Assembly: GCA_963770565.1 (NCBI GenBank)
Contig: CAVYQE010000011.1
Coordinates: 928,001-992,000, forward strand
Origin: an uncultured Actinomycetota bacterium
Lineage (GTDB): Bacteria > Actinomycetota > Actinomycetes > JAFAQI01
Direction of reading: 5' to 3'
Length of the DNA stretch: 64,000 nt
Part shown: in pieces, positions 19,244 to 29,114 of the stretch
Position numbering within the stretch: the first letter of the stretch is position 1
How the letters are laid out: each line of letters starts with the position of its first letter
Program-made: the position numbers and the translations under genes
Notes under the pieces: model-generated
Databases searched by the model: none
What the model saw: the letters and a program-made list of their open reading frames with translations, nothing else
Told to the model about the DNA's origin: nothing

Positions 19244-20419
19244 GTGAGGATTTCGCCTCGGCGTGTGGCGATAGCGCGAGTGGTCGTGGTCGTGCTGGCT
19301 GCGGCCGGCTGCACCTCTGGTGGGCAGTCACATGCCGTCAACCACCGAGGGCCTCGGGCCTCACAGTTGTCCCCTTCGGCTCGACTCGCTGACCAGATCG
19401 AGGCCGTGATCGCGACTCGCCGGGCCGCGAGCCGAACGGGATCATGCCCACGTCGGTTGACCCACCCGCTTCGCCTGCTCCGAACTGCGAGCGACCTCGG
19501 TGGGTCCGGCATCGGGCTCAAGGTGTGCGCGGTCCGTCGTCTCACGGGCCGACAGGTGGCGATCGAATTGCGCAGCGTCGATGGGGTCGCGTCCGATCTC
19601 GAGACATATCAAGTCGGGACCAAGGCGGCTGCAGCCGGGTTGCCGCCCGTACTGCTGGCCGAAGAGCGTCGAGTGGCTGCTCATGCGGTTGACCAATCCG
19701 CGATCGTTCCGTCGGGTGGCATGGTCTGGGCTCGGACGACGTTGGGCCGAGCGCTGTACTTCACGCGCGATCCTTCGATCGCACTTGCCGAGGCGACCTA
19801 CGTTGCGGCGACGCGCTTGGGCTACCGCTACGGCTACCGCGCTCTGCGGGCCTATCTCGACTGTGACCTCGCGGACGACGCTTACTCCGCGGCGGCGGCG
19901 GTGAGGACAGCAGCGGGTTGCGCCCGGGGGCACCTGCCCAACCCGCTGCGCAGTGCGTTCGTCGGAGCCCTCGGTGAGCCCGACCTCGTTGCGGCCATCC
20001 GTGCGGACTCACAGCCCTGGGCGGCCGAGGAGTCGTTCTTGGTCGCGGACGTGCCAGCCCAGGACCGGCACCTTCCGGTGCTCGGTGCCCCCAACTTCGT
20101 CTACATCAACGGGTTCGGCGTGATCAGGCCGCGAACCGTGAGCTTTGGCGGCGACGAAGGAAGTCTGACTATCCACGTGCGGTGGACGACCTGGGGCAGT
20201 ACCCGAGCGGTCGGCTACGGTCAGGCGTGGATGCTCCGGCCACACGCCAAGGGAATGACCGACGGCTCATATCAATCGGACGAGGTCGTCGCCTACAACC
20301 GTGGCGACTGCGACGGGCACTACGCCTACCGCGACGTCAAATGGTTCTTCCCGCAGCTCGGCGAGCATTTCAGGCCGCACCATCGCGACAATCTGTGCAA
20401 TCCCACATTCGGTCGATAG
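19244..20419 (+). CDS. Hypothetical secreted lipoprotein
   Basis: Basic N-terminus, hydrophobic stretch and LAAAGC lipobox; 391-aa ORF. Confidence 0.55.
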   Translation: MRISPRRVAIARVVVVVLAAAGCTSGGQSHAVNHRGPRASQLSPSARLADQIEAVIATRRAASRTGSCPRRLTHPLRLLRTASDLGGSGIGLKVCAVRRLTGRQVAIELRSVDGVASDLETYQVGTKAAAAGLPPVLLAEERRVAAHAVDQSAIVPSGGMVWARTTLGRALYFTRDPSIALAEATYVAATRLGYRYGYRALRAYLDCDLADDAYSAAAAVRTAAGCARGHLPNPLRSAFVGALGEPDLVAAIRADSQPWAAEESFLVADVPAQDRHLPVLGAPNFVYINGFGVIRPRTVSFGGDEGSLTIHVRWTTWGSTRAVGYGQAWMLRPHAKGMTDGSYQSDEVVAYNRGDCDGHYAYRDVKWFFPQLGEHFRPHHRDNLCNPTFGR

Positions 20420-20535
20420 CCGTCGCTCGAATCGTTGCTCACCGCCGGCGCTTCGGTGGAAGGGCTGCAGGCTAGGTCCGTTCGGGCAGACACGCCACGC
20501 GTTTACGCGCGATCTACGTATCGCCCGTACACCGG

Positions 20536-21447
20536 TCAGTGGCGGGAGCGGGCCCGCCAGGCGTTGACCAGCGCGGGGGCGGCGACGATCGCGCGGCGCC
20601 GGCGGCGGACGCCGACCCGTCGGTCGAGCACCCGGTAGTCGGCCGCCTCGACCGCGTCGAGGATCTCGCCGTACAGGGTCGAGGCGGTCCGAATGCAGTC
20701 GCGGCTGGTGGGGGACAGCAGCCGGATCCCTGGCGCGGCCGACCGAAACAGCTCACGGGCCCGCGCGATCTGGAAGGCGAGCAGCCGGCGTAGCGGCGCA
20801 TCGACCACCCCGGAGGCCAGGTCGTCGCGGGTGACGCCGAACGTCGCCATCTCGTCCTTCGGCAGGTAGACCCGGCCACGCCGGACATCCTCGCCGACGT
20901 CACGGATGAAGTTGGTCAACTGGAACGCAATGCCGAGGTCGCGGGCATACGGCGCGGCGGCGAGAGACATCCCTGGCGTGGTGCCGAGCACGCGAAGCAT
21001 CTGCAACCCGATGACGGCTGCCGAACCGTGGGTGTAGTCCGACAGGTCGTCCCAGCTTGCGTACTCCGAGGTCGTGAGGTCCATTCGCATCGACCTGAGG
21101 AAGTCCTCGAAGTAGTGCAGTGGGATCGCGTAGCGGTCGATCGTGTCGTGCACGGCCGGAAGCACCGGATCGTCGCCGGCGCCGGACAGGAAACGGGCCG
21201 CCCAGTCCGCCAGCGCCTGGTCCCGATCGGCCACGCTGAGCGAAGGATCGAATGAGTCGACGATGTCATCGGCATGCCGGGCGAATCCGTATAGCGCGTG
21301 CACCGCTGGTCGTTTCGCAGCTGGCAGCAACAACGTCGCGAGGTAGAACGTGCGTCCGTGCGCGGCGTTGATCTGCCGACACGACTCGTACGACGCCCGC
21401 AAGACCGGATCGGTGACGCCGGCCGCATCGAGTGCCCGCGCAGTCAT
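20536..21447 (-). CDS. crtB: Phytoene synthase
   Basis: HGRTFY, ARHADDIVD and AFQLTNFIRDVGED-RRGRVYLP motifs. Confidence 0.94.
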   Translation of the reverse strand: MTARALDAAGVTDPVLRASYESCRQINAAHGRTFYLATLLLPAAKRPAVHALYGFARHADDIVDSFDPSLSVADRDQALADWAARFLSGAGDDPVLPAVHDTIDRYAIPLHYFEDFLRSMRMDLTTSEYASWDDLSDYTHGSAAVIGLQMLRVLGTTPGMSLAAAPYARDLGIAFQLTNFIRDVGEDVRRGRVYLPKDEMATFGVTRDDLASGVVDAPLRRLLAFQIARARELFRSAAPGIRLLSPTSRDCIRTASTLYGEILDAVEAADYRVLDRRVGVRRRRRAIVAAPALVNAWRARSRH

Positions 21448-22928
21448 CGAATGCCCGGTCCGACAATGCGCTCCGCCGCGAGCCGGCCGGAGATCAACAC
21501 CATCGGTACGCCGACGCCGGGTTGGGTCCCGGACCCGACGAACACCACGTTGTCGAAGCCGAGGTTGCCCAGCCGGAACGGCCCGGTCTGACGCAGCGTG
21601 TGCGCCGCCGCAAACGGCGAGCCTCGCTCCATGCCACGTCGGGCCCAATCTGCTGGTGTCGTCATCGATTCCACGTCGATCGAGTCAGCGAACCCCCGAT
21701 AACCGAGCTGCTCGAGTCGTACCAGGATCTCATCCCGGTATCGCGGGCCGGTGCGATCCCAGTCGATGTCCGCGTCGAGGTTCGGGGTCGGCACCAGCAC
21801 GTAGCGCGACGAGCGCCCGGCCGGTGCGAGCGACGGGTCGGTCACGGTCGGCGTGCCGACCAGCAGAGATGGATCGGTCTGCAGCGTGTGGTCATCCACG
21901 AGCTCGCGAAACGTCGAGCGCCACGCCTGGCCGAAATGCACCGTGTGGTGGGCCTGGTCGCCGTGCGGGAGGCGCGAGCCGGCAAGTAGCAGCACGCAGG
22001 ACGGCGAGTAGCTGAGCCGAGAGATGCGCTTTGGTTGTGACGCGGCGCCGAGCAGTTCGCGCCACGCCACCGGAAGGTCGGGGTTGAGCACGACCACGTC
22101 AGCCGGGATTCGATCACCGTCCTGGGTGCGAACCGCGACCGCGCGGGGGCCGGACATCTCGACGTCGGTCACCCCGACTCCGTAGCGGATGTCGACGCCG
22201 TGCTTGACGGCCGCACCCGCCATAGCGCGCGGCACCGCATGGATGCCACCTCGCGGAAACCACACGCCGGCGACACAATCGAGGTAGGGAATCACCGCAT
22301 AGAGCGCGAGTGCGTCGTACGGCGAGAGCCCGGCGTACATCGCCTGGAAGGTGAAGATCCGTTGCAATCGTTGGTCTTTGACGTACGACGCGACCTTCGG
22401 CGCCAGCCGCCGGAAGCCACCGAGTGCGATCAGCCGGGCGAGCTGCGGCGTCAGCAGATCGCGCGGCGAGTCGAGGTTTCGGTCGATGAAGTGCCGCCAC
22501 TCGAGGTCATAGAGGCGCCGTGCGAAGGCCACGAACCGGCGGTAGCCGTCGGCGTCGCGGGGCCCGCACACGTCGAGGATCTGCTCCGACATCGCCTCGA
22601 CGTCGGCGATGACGTCGATTGTGGAGCCATCGGCGTACCGGGCCCGGTACGCCGGATCGAGGCGCTGCAGGTCGAGCCAGTCCTCGAGTCGTTCGCCGAC
22701 GCATTGCAGCGCGTCCGCGATGAGGTTCGGCATGGTCAACACCGACGGTCCGGTGTCGAACCGGTAGCCGTCGATCTCGAGCAGCCCGGCCCGGCCACCC
22801 GGGACCAGCGCCCGCTCCAGGACCGTCACCTGCCGACCCGCGCCAGCCAGCCGCAAGGCGGCGGACAGGCCGCCGAGCCCGGCGCCGACGACGACGACGT
22901 GGTCGGTCCGGCCGATGACCGTCCGCAC
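21444..22928 (-). CDS. crtI: Phytoene desaturase
   Basis: GAGLGGL, FDTGPSVLT and GSGTQPGVGVPMVLISG motifs. Confidence 0.93.
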   Translation of the reverse strand: MRTVIGRTDHVVVVGAGLGGLSAALRLAGAGRQVTVLERALVPGGRAGLLEIDGYRFDTGPSVLTMPNLIADALQCVGERLEDWLDLQRLDPAYRARYADGSTIDVIADVEAMSEQILDVCGPRDADGYRRFVAFARRLYDLEWRHFIDRNLDSPRDLLTPQLARLIALGGFRRLAPKVASYVKDQRLQRIFTFQAMYAGLSPYDALALYAVIPYLDCVAGVWFPRGGIHAVPRAMAGAAVKHGVDIRYGVGVTDVEMSGPRAVAVRTQDGDRIPADVVVLNPDLPVAWRELLGAASQPKRISRLSYSPSCVLLLAGSRLPHGDQAHHTVHFGQAWRSTFRELVDDHTLQTDPSLLVGTPTVTDPSLAPAGRSSRYVLVPTPNLDADIDWDRTGPRYRDEILVRLEQLGYRGFADSIDVESMTTPADWARRGMERGSPFAAAHTLRQTGPFRLGNLGFDNVVFVGSGTQPGVGVPMVLISGRLAAERIVGPGIR

Positions 22929-22936
22929 GGCCGCGG

Positions 22937-24001
22937 TCAGTCCGCCCGGCGCGTCGCGGCGCCGGCCAGGTCGATCAGCGCGTCGCGAGCCGCCGGTTCG
23001 AGATCGACGGCGCCGAGTGCGTAGATCGCGGTGTCCACCCGGCTGACGATCATCGACTCGACCGTGGCCGCGGCCTTGGTCGATGCGACCACCTCGAGGA
23101 GGGCATCGACCCCGGACTCGTCGAGGTCGGGGTCGCCGAGGTGCCGCTCGAGCGCGTCGCGACCGGCCGGCGATGCGCCGTCGATCGCGAGCGCGATCAA
23201 CACCGTGCGCTTGCCCTCGCGAAAGTCGTCGCCGGCCGGCTTCCCGGTCACGTCCGGATCGCCGAAGACGCCGAGCAGGTCGTCGCGCAACTGGAATGCT
23301 TCGCCGAGCGGGAGCCCGTACGCACTGAAGGCGGCGAACGCCTCCGGCGGCCCGGCACCGATCGCCGCGCCGAGATGCAGCGGTCGCTCGACGGTGTACT
23401 TCGCCGCTTTGTAGCGCGCGACCCGCAGCGCGCGCTCGACCGAGCCGCCACCCCGCGCCTGCTCGAGGACGTCGAGGTACTGACCGGCCATCAGTTCGAC
23501 CCGCATCGACTCCGCGATCGGGCCGGAGCGCTGCAGGGCGTCGCGGTCGAGGCCGCTGGTCGCGAACATCGCGTCCGACCAGACCAGCAGCAGATCGCCG
23601 AGCAGGATGGCGATCGCCTGGCCGAAGTCCGCGGCGGACCCGGCCCAGTGCCGCGCCGCATGCAGCGCGGCGAAGTGCTCGTGGGTGGCCGGCCGCCCAC
23701 GGCGGGTGGCGCTGCGGTCGATGACGTCGTCGTGGACGAGGGCGCAGGCGTGGAGCAACTCCAGGCTGGCAGCGGCCCGGACCAGCGGATCACCGTCCGG
23801 CGCGCCGACCGCGCGTGCGCCCCAGTAGCAGAACGCCGGGCGTAGCCGCTTGCCGCCACCGAGCACGAACTGCCTGGCCGCCTCGGTCAACGGGCCGAGC
23901 TCTTCGGCGATCGCCTCGACCGATGCGGTTTCGCCGGCGAGATAGTCCCGCAGCGCCGCCTCGACGCGATCGCGCAGGTCGCCGGCCATGGTGTCGAGCA
24001 T
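22937..24001 (-). CDS. idsA: Geranylgeranyl diphosphate synthase (CrtE/IdsA-like)
   Basis: GGKRLRP, HDDVID-RRG, GQYLD and FQLRDDLLG motifs; start uncertain (24001 or 23989). Confidence 0.9.
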   Translation of the reverse strand: MLDTMAGDLRDRVEAALRDYLAGETASVEAIAEELGPLTEAARQFVLGGGKRLRPAFCYWGARAVGAPDGDPLVRAAASLELLHACALVHDDVIDRSATRRGRPATHEHFAALHAARHWAGSAADFGQAIAILLGDLLLVWSDAMFATSGLDRDALQRSGPIAESMRVELMAGQYLDVLEQARGGGSVERALRVARYKAAKYTVERPLHLGAAIGAGPPEAFAAFSAYGLPLGEAFQLRDDLLGVFGDPDVTGKPAGDDFREGKRTVLIALAIDGASPAGRDALERHLGDPDLDESGVDALLEVVASTKAAATVESMIVSRVDTAIYALGAVDLEPAARDALIDLAGAATRRAD

Positions 24002-24056
24002 CTCCCACCCGCGTCGCCCACGCTCGCCCGGTCCATGATCGTCGATACTGGGAGAG

Positions 24057-24983
24057 ATGACCGTTACGCCGCCACGCACGGTGGCGCGCAGCACCGCTGC
24101 GCGCCCGACCATCCGTGACCTGCTTGCCAGCGGGCGGCGGTCGTACTCCTTCGAGTTCTTCCCGCCCAAGACGCCAGACGGCGAGCGCACGCTCTGGCAT
24201 GCCCTTCGCCAGCTCGAGCCGCTGCATCCCACCTTTGTCTCGGTGACGTACGGCGCGGGCGGGTCGACCCGGGACCACACCGTCTCCATCACCGAGCGGA
24301 TCGCGGCGGAGACCACCTTGACCGCGGTCGGTCACCTGACCGCGGTCGATCACTCGGTGGCCGAGCTGCGCCGGGTCGTCGGCCAGTACGCTGCAGCCGG
24401 CATCCGCAACGTCCTCGCCCTGCGCGGTGACCCGCCCGGCGACCCGCAAGGCGAGTGGAGCGCGCACCCGGAAGGTCTCGAGTACGCCGCCGATCTGGTC
24501 CGGCTGGTGCGCGACGCCGGTGATTTCTGTGTCGGCGTCGCGGCCTTCCCGGAGAAGCACCCGCGATCGCCGGACTTCGAGACCGACGTGAAGTACTTCG
24601 TCGAGAAGTGCCGGGCCGGCGCGGATTTCGCGATCACCCAGATGTTCTTCCGGGCCGAGGACTACTTGCGCCTGCGCGACCGAGTGCACGCCGCCGGCTG
24701 CGACGTTCCAATCCTGCCTGGGATCATGCCGGTCACGAACGTGGCCCAGATCGAGCGGTTCGCGGTCCTGTCGGGCGCGGAGTTCCCGGCCGAACTGGCC
24801 GAACGGCTCCACGCGGTCGAGGACGATCCCGACGCGGTGCGACAGATCGGCGTGGAGGTGGCGACGGAGTTGTGCGAGCGACTGCTCGCCGAAGGTGCGC
24901 CGGGTCTGCACTTCATCACGCTCAACCGCTCGACGTCCTCGCGCGAGATATACCAACGACTCGGCCTGGCGAACGACCAGTGA
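24057..24983 (+). CDS. metF: 5,10-methylenetetrahydrofolate reductase
   Basis: [28 protein letters not shown] and HFITLN motifs. Confidence 0.96.
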   Translation: MTVTPPRTVARSTAARPTIRDLLASGRRSYSFEFFPPKTPDGERTLWHALRQLEPLHPTFVSVTYGAGGSTRDHTVSITERIAAETTLTAVGHLTAVDHSVAELRRVVGQYAAAGIRNVLALRGDPPGDPQGEWSAHPEGLEYAADLVRLVRDAGDFCVGVAAFPEKHPRSPDFETDVKYFVEKCRAGADFAITQMFFRAEDYLRLRDRVHAAGCDVPILPGIMPVTNVAQIERFAVLSGAEFPAELAERLHAVEDDPDAVRQIGVEVATELCERLLAEGAPGLHFITLNRSTSSREIYQRLGLANDQ

Positions 24984-24993
24984 GTCGGTCACG

Positions 24994-25893
24994 GTGAAGC
25001 AGACCCGGGCCGCGGCTGTTCGGCGCCGCCGGCTTGCCGTCACGCTCTCGGCGTTTCTGTTGACGACGGTGGGCGTAGTGCTGGCCACCACGCTGCCGGC
25101 GAACTCGCACGCGCGGACCCACCACACCCCGCCGACCTCGCCACAACCCGACCCACAGCAGACTGCAGCCGCCCCTATGGTCGACTCGCTTCATCAGCTG
25201 CTGGTGAAGTACGTCGACTCCCGGCACGGTGCGGTCTCGGTCGCGGTCTACGACGCGGTCGCGAAGAAGCTCACCGTCGTACACCCGAAGGTGCGTGGAC
25301 GGACCGCGAGCATCGTCAAGGTCGACATCCTCGAGACCTTGCTGCATCGCACCGGCGGTCACCTCACCGCGGATCAACGCGAGACCGCGACGTCGATGAT
25401 CGAGAACAGCAACAACGACTCGGCCACCGAGCTGTGGAACGAGGACGGCGGCGCACCGGGTGTGCACGCCTACAACAACGACGTCGGCCTGACCCAGACC
25501 ACACCAAACGTCGACTGGGGCGACACGACGACGTCAGCGGCCGATCAGGTCACGTTGATCCGGACCCTGCTCACCAAGTCGACGCTGTTGACCGACTCGG
25601 CCCGGCGTTTCCAGCGCCGGCTGATGCGCCACGTCGAGGCCGACCAGCGATGGGGGATCAGCGGCGGGGTGCCGGGCACCGCGACCATCGGGATCAAGAA
25701 CGGTTGGCTGCCGGTCGACGAGGACAACGACCTGTGGGCGGTCAACAGCATCGGATGGGTGCACGGGAGCGGCAAGTACTACATGATTGCCGTGCTCACC
25801 CAGCATCAATCGACCGAGGACTACGGGATCGACACGATCCAACATGCCGCGCGGATCGTGTGGCGGCACATGACGGTCGCGCCGGCCCAATAG
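24994..25893 (+). CDS. Secreted class A beta-lactamase-like serine hydrolase
   Basis: Signal/TM segment; SIVK (SxxK), SNN (SxN) and KNG (KTG-like) motifs. Confidence 0.8.
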   Translation: MKQTRAAAVRRRRLAVTLSAFLLTTVGVVLATTLPANSHARTHHTPPTSPQPDPQQTAAAPMVDSLHQLLVKYVDSRHGAVSVAVYDAVAKKLTVVHPKVRGRTASIVKVDILETLLHRTGGHLTADQRETATSMIENSNNDSATELWNEDGGAPGVHAYNNDVGLTQTTPNVDWGDTTTSAADQVTLIRTLLTKSTLLTDSARRFQRRLMRHVEADQRWGISGGVPGTATIGIKNGWLPVDEDNDLWAVNSIGWVHGSGKYYMIAVLTQHQSTEDYGIDTIQHAARIVWRHMTVAPAQ

Positions 25894-25898
25894 GGGTG

Positions 25899-27455
25899 CT
25901 AGATCCAGTCGCCGGTGCGAGGCCGGCGTAGATCGTGCTCGACGATCGCCGCGGCGTTGCGCCCGCTCGCACCCCACACCCCGCCGCCGGGATGGGTCGA
26001 GGCACCGCACACGTAGAGGCCCGGGTGCGGACTGCGGTACGCCGACCAGCCCGGTGCCGGTCGCAGCCCGAACATCGAGTCGAGCTCGGGCTCGACGTGC
26101 ATGACATTGCCGCCGTGCAGGCCGAGCTCGCGCTCGAGGTCCAGCGGGGTCTGGACGAACCGATCGACGATCGATCCGCTGAACCCGGGTGCCCATCGGT
26201 CGACCGCTTTGACTATGCCGTCGGCGACCTCGTCCCGTCGCTGGTCCCAGTCGCCGGCGCGGAGCTGCCGCGGATGCCACTGCGCCCACACCGTGACCAC
26301 GTGTCGGCCGGCCGGCGCCAAACTGTCGTCGGTCGCGGTCGGGGTCATCACGATCATCGGTGGATCGACGGCCGGCTCGCCGCGGAGGTAGTCGCCGTAC
26401 GCGGATCGCAGCTGGCTCGTCGACCCGACCAGCAGTTGCATCGAACGATGCGCGCCGGGAATGTCGACGGCGTACGCCGGCAGGGCCGAGGTGAGCAGTC
26501 GAACCGCCATCCCGATGCCGTTGCCGACCCGGGTCGCGGCAGCGACGGCGTCGTCACCGACCAGCCTGGCAGTGTCGAGGATGTGGCAGGCACTCAGGAC
26601 TGCGCGGGCATCGATCCGCTCACCGGATGCGGTGATCACGGCGCACTCGCCATGCGGCGCAGCGATGATCGACGTTGCCCCGTCGCCACACCGCATGGTC
26701 CCGCCGTACGACGCACAGCGGGCCGCAAGTGCTTCGGTGAGCCGGCCGCTTCCGCCGCGCGGCCGCCCAGCCCGGCGCAGGTGAAACATCGCGATCGTGC
26801 CGGCCATCGGCGCGGTGCCGATGGCGTGCGGCGGCGGCCCGGACTGCGCGGCCCACCAGGCGATCGCGGCGCGCAGCCGGTCATCGACGAATCTGTCGGC
26901 AAGCAATGAATCGGCGGACGACATGAAGGTCCGGATCACATCGGCACTGCTCCCACCGTGGTGGCGGCGGACCGACAACAGGGATCGACTGAGGTGGCGC
27001 GCTGTTGGTGGCCGCGAGCCGGCGTCGAGGAACACCTTGACGTGCGGCGTCCACTCGTCGACGAAGCGCCGGTAGGCGTCGGCCTCGCGCGCGCCGCAAC
27101 TCGCCTCGATCGACGTGCAGGTGTCGTCGAGGTCCGCGCTGAACCGCAGCGGTCCGTCCGGATCGGGGCGCACTGCCCACGGCTCTAGGTCGTCGTACTG
27201 CAGGCCGACGGAGGCCAGATCGAGGTCCTCGACCAGGTCGGTGTGGCGGACCATGACGTGAATGCTCGAGCCGCGATCCACTCGCACCCCGGGCCAGCGT
27301 TCGACCGTCGACACCGCGCCACCGATCACGGTGTCGCGTTCGACCACCTCGACATCGAGCCCGCTCCGGGCGAGATAGCAGGCCGCGACGAGCCCGTTGT
27401 GGCCCGATCCGACCACGACGACGTCGCGTCGAGCCGTTGCCCTCGCCTTGCTCAC
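25899..27455 (-). CDS. CrtO-like carotenoid ketolase / phytoene-desaturase family FAD oxidoreductase
   Basis: GSGHNGL, WWAAQSGPP, VGNGIGM, DDSLAPAGRH and THPGGGVWGASG motifs. Confidence 0.7.
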   Translation of the reverse strand: MSKARATARRDVVVVGSGHNGLVAACYLARSGLDVEVVERDTVIGGAVSTVERWPGVRVDRGSSIHVMVRHTDLVEDLDLASVGLQYDDLEPWAVRPDPDGPLRFSADLDDTCTSIEASCGAREADAYRRFVDEWTPHVKVFLDAGSRPPTARHLSRSLLSVRRHHGGSSADVIRTFMSSADSLLADRFVDDRLRAAIAWWAAQSGPPPHAIGTAPMAGTIAMFHLRRAGRPRGGSGRLTEALAARCASYGGTMRCGDGATSIIAAPHGECAVITASGERIDARAVLSACHILDTARLVGDDAVAAATRVGNGIGMAVRLLTSALPAYAVDIPGAHRSMQLLVGSTSQLRSAYGDYLRGEPAVDPPMIVMTPTATDDSLAPAGRHVVTVWAQWHPRQLRAGDWDQRRDEVADGIVKAVDRWAPGFSGSIVDRFVQTPLDLERELGLHGGNVMHVEPELDSMFGLRPAPGWSAYRSPHPGLYVCGASTHPGGGVWGASGRNAAAIVEHDLRRPRTGDWI

Positions 27456-27997
27456 AAGTCGACACCCATGAGGACGTAGGGCTCCGGGTTGCCGGGGAAC
27501 CGGAAATCGGTCCTCAGGTCGACGAAGCCGTAGGAGCGGTAGAGCAGGCGAGCCGGTGACTCGATGTCGGGCGTGGACAGTACGGCGCGGCTCCGCTCGG
27601 TCCGGGCCAGGAGATCGGTCATGAGTGCCCGGCCGAGGCCGCGATGCTGGTGCTCGGGGGAGACGTGCAGCTCGGCGAGCTCGAAGCTGTCGCGCAGCCA
27701 TCGAGCGGCGTCGCTGCGACCAAGCGCACCAGCGACGATGTCGTGCCACCACTGACCGGGCCGGCCGTCGTAGCCGTATCCGAACCCCACCAACCGGCTC
27801 GAGTCGCCTTCGTCGATGAAACCGCCGGCCGCGAGAAACCCTTGATACTCAACGTGAACTGCGATGATGTCGCGGCGCTGCACGACCACCTCGGGTGAGC
27901 GGTGCATCGCGGCGCCGTAGATCGACGCGGCCTCCCCGGCCAGCCCGCGGAACCGGTCGGCGTCGATGGCCTCGGCGCGGATCGGGGCTTCGGTCAT
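27452..27997 (-). CDS. GNAT family acetyltransferase
   Basis: ELHVSPEHQHRGLG acetyl-CoA motif; ARLLYRSYGF. Confidence 0.88.
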   Translation of the reverse strand: MTEAPIRAEAIDADRFRGLAGEAASIYGAAMHRSPEVVVQRRDIIAVHVEYQGFLAAGGFIDEGDSSRLVGFGYGYDGRPGQWWHDIVAGALGRSDAARWLRDSFELAELHVSPEHQHRGLGRALMTDLLARTERSRAVLSTPDIESPARLLYRSYGFVDLRTDFRFPGNPEPYVLMGVDL

Positions 27998-28467
27998 GTG
28001 GTCGCGGCGATGTCGGCGGGTGCGCCAGACGTCAGGCGGAGCAGCTCGTCGTACGTCGTGGGAAACACCGCGTGCGGTGTCCCCGCCGACGCCCACAGCA
28101 CCGAGAAGGACTGCAGGTGGGTGTCGATGACGGTGGTCAACGGTCCGGGATGGGCGAGCGGCGCGACGCCGCCGATCGGGAAGCCGGACGCGGCCCGGAC
28201 CAGGTCCGCGTCCGCCCGGCGCACTCGCTCTACGCCGAGCAGCTGAGCCACCGCGTCGGTGTCGACCTGGTGGTCGCCGCTCGCGAGCACCAGGACCGGG
28301 CGGTCGTCGGCGGCGAAGATCAGCGACTTGACGATGGCGCCGACCGGGACACCGAGGGCGGCGGCTGCGTCGGCGGCGCTGCGGGCGGAGTCGTCGAGCT
28401 CCCGGACCGTACCGGTCGCGCCGCCCGCGCGGAGCGCGGCCGCCACTCGCTCGGCATTCGCGTGCAC
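27994..28467 (-). CDS. YbaK/EbsC family aminoacyl-tRNA deacylase
   Basis: IVKSLIF, SGFPIGGVAP and WASAG motifs. Confidence 0.9.
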   Translation of the reverse strand: MHANAERVAAALRAGGATGTVRELDDSARSAADAAAALGVPVGAIVKSLIFAADDRPVLVLASGDHQVDTDAVAQLLGVERVRRADADLVRAASGFPIGGVAPLAHPGPLTTVIDTHLQSFSVLWASAGTPHAVFPTTYDELLRLTSGAPADIAATT

Positions 28468-28510
28468 GACGCGGACGCTACTTCACCGGGGTAACCAACC
28501 CCGGACACGC

Positions 28511-28545
28511 TTGACCTGGAGCCTGATCGAACGTATGTTCGAGAC
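28511..28545 (+). promoter_or_regulatory. SigA-type promoter with a perfect LexA box (28527-28542)
   Basis: TTGACC-17nt-TATGTT-6nt-ATG; TCGAACGTATGTTCGA overlaps the -10. Confidence 0.9.
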
Positions 28546-28989
28546 ATGAGCATGGCAACGGCAACGGCGACGCTGGCCCCGCACCGGGCTCCGCCTGAGG
28601 CGGTCCGGCTGGTCCTGGCTGCCCGCCGTGCGCTGGCAGACGCGGACGGCTCGCGGGATCCGCTCGAGCGCTACGCAGGCGCGCACCTGGCCGCGCTCCG
28701 GGCGGCTGCCGCGGTGCTGGCGGCCCGGGCCCAGCCCGGCGGCACCAAGCCGCGGCGCCCGACCAGCGCCTGGTCGCTGCTCGTCGTGGTCGCGCCCGAG
28801 CTCGAACCCTGGGCGGCCTACTTCGCGGCCGGGGCACGCACCAGGGCCGCGGCCGAGGCCGGCCTGCGGGGATCGGTGACGACCCGGCAGGCCGACGATC
28901 TCGTCCGCGACGTCGGGACCTTCGTCGGATTGGTCGAGACCATGCTCGGGATGCTCTCGCTCGACGGCCTCGCGCTTGGCGCGTATTGA
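28546..28989 (+). CDS. SAV_6107-family HEPN-domain protein
   Basis: RYAGAHLAALRAAAAVLA, SAWSLL, APELEPWAAYFAAGA and RAAAEAG motifs. Confidence 0.85.
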   Translation: MSMATATATLAPHRAPPEAVRLVLAARRALADADGSRDPLERYAGAHLAALRAAAAVLAARAQPGGTKPRRPTSAWSLLVVVAPELEPWAAYFAAGARTRAAAEAGLRGSVTTRQADDLVRDVGTFVGLVETMLGMLSLDGLALGAY

Positions 28990-29079
28990 TGCAGTGCTTG
29001 GCGGGTATTGATGCAGCGCTTGGCGGGTATTGATGCAGCGCTTGGCGCGTACTGATGCAGCGCTGGCGGTGCATTGACA
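28972..29079 (+). repeat. 22-bp tandem repeat GCGCTTGGCG(G/C)GTATTGATGCA, 4 copies plus 1 degenerate
   Basis: Units start at 28972, 28994, 29016, 29038 and 29060. Confidence 0.92.
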
Positions 29080-29086
29080 TGGCGGC

Positions 29087-29108
29087 TGTCCGGCCTCGCC
29101 AATAGGCT
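29087..29108 (+). promoter_or_regulatory. Candidate PafBC (RecA-NDp) promoter
   Basis: TGTCCG-N10-TAGGCT versus consensus TGTCGG-N10-TANNNT; ATG 6 nt downstream. Confidence 0.55.
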
Positions 29109-29114
29109 CCGGTC

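Noticed and set aside
24994-25893. Acquired beta-lactam resistance gene
   Set aside because: Divergent motifs (KNG, no clear class A omega-loop ExxLN) and no mobile context; a generic actinobacterial serine hydrolase
28972-29079. CRISPR array
   Set aside because: Units are directly adjacent with no unique spacers and no cas genes nearby; it is a tandem repeat
29074-29108. TTGACA as the -35 of the methyltransferase promoter
   Set aside because: 23-nt spacing to TAGGCT is too long for a SigA promoter
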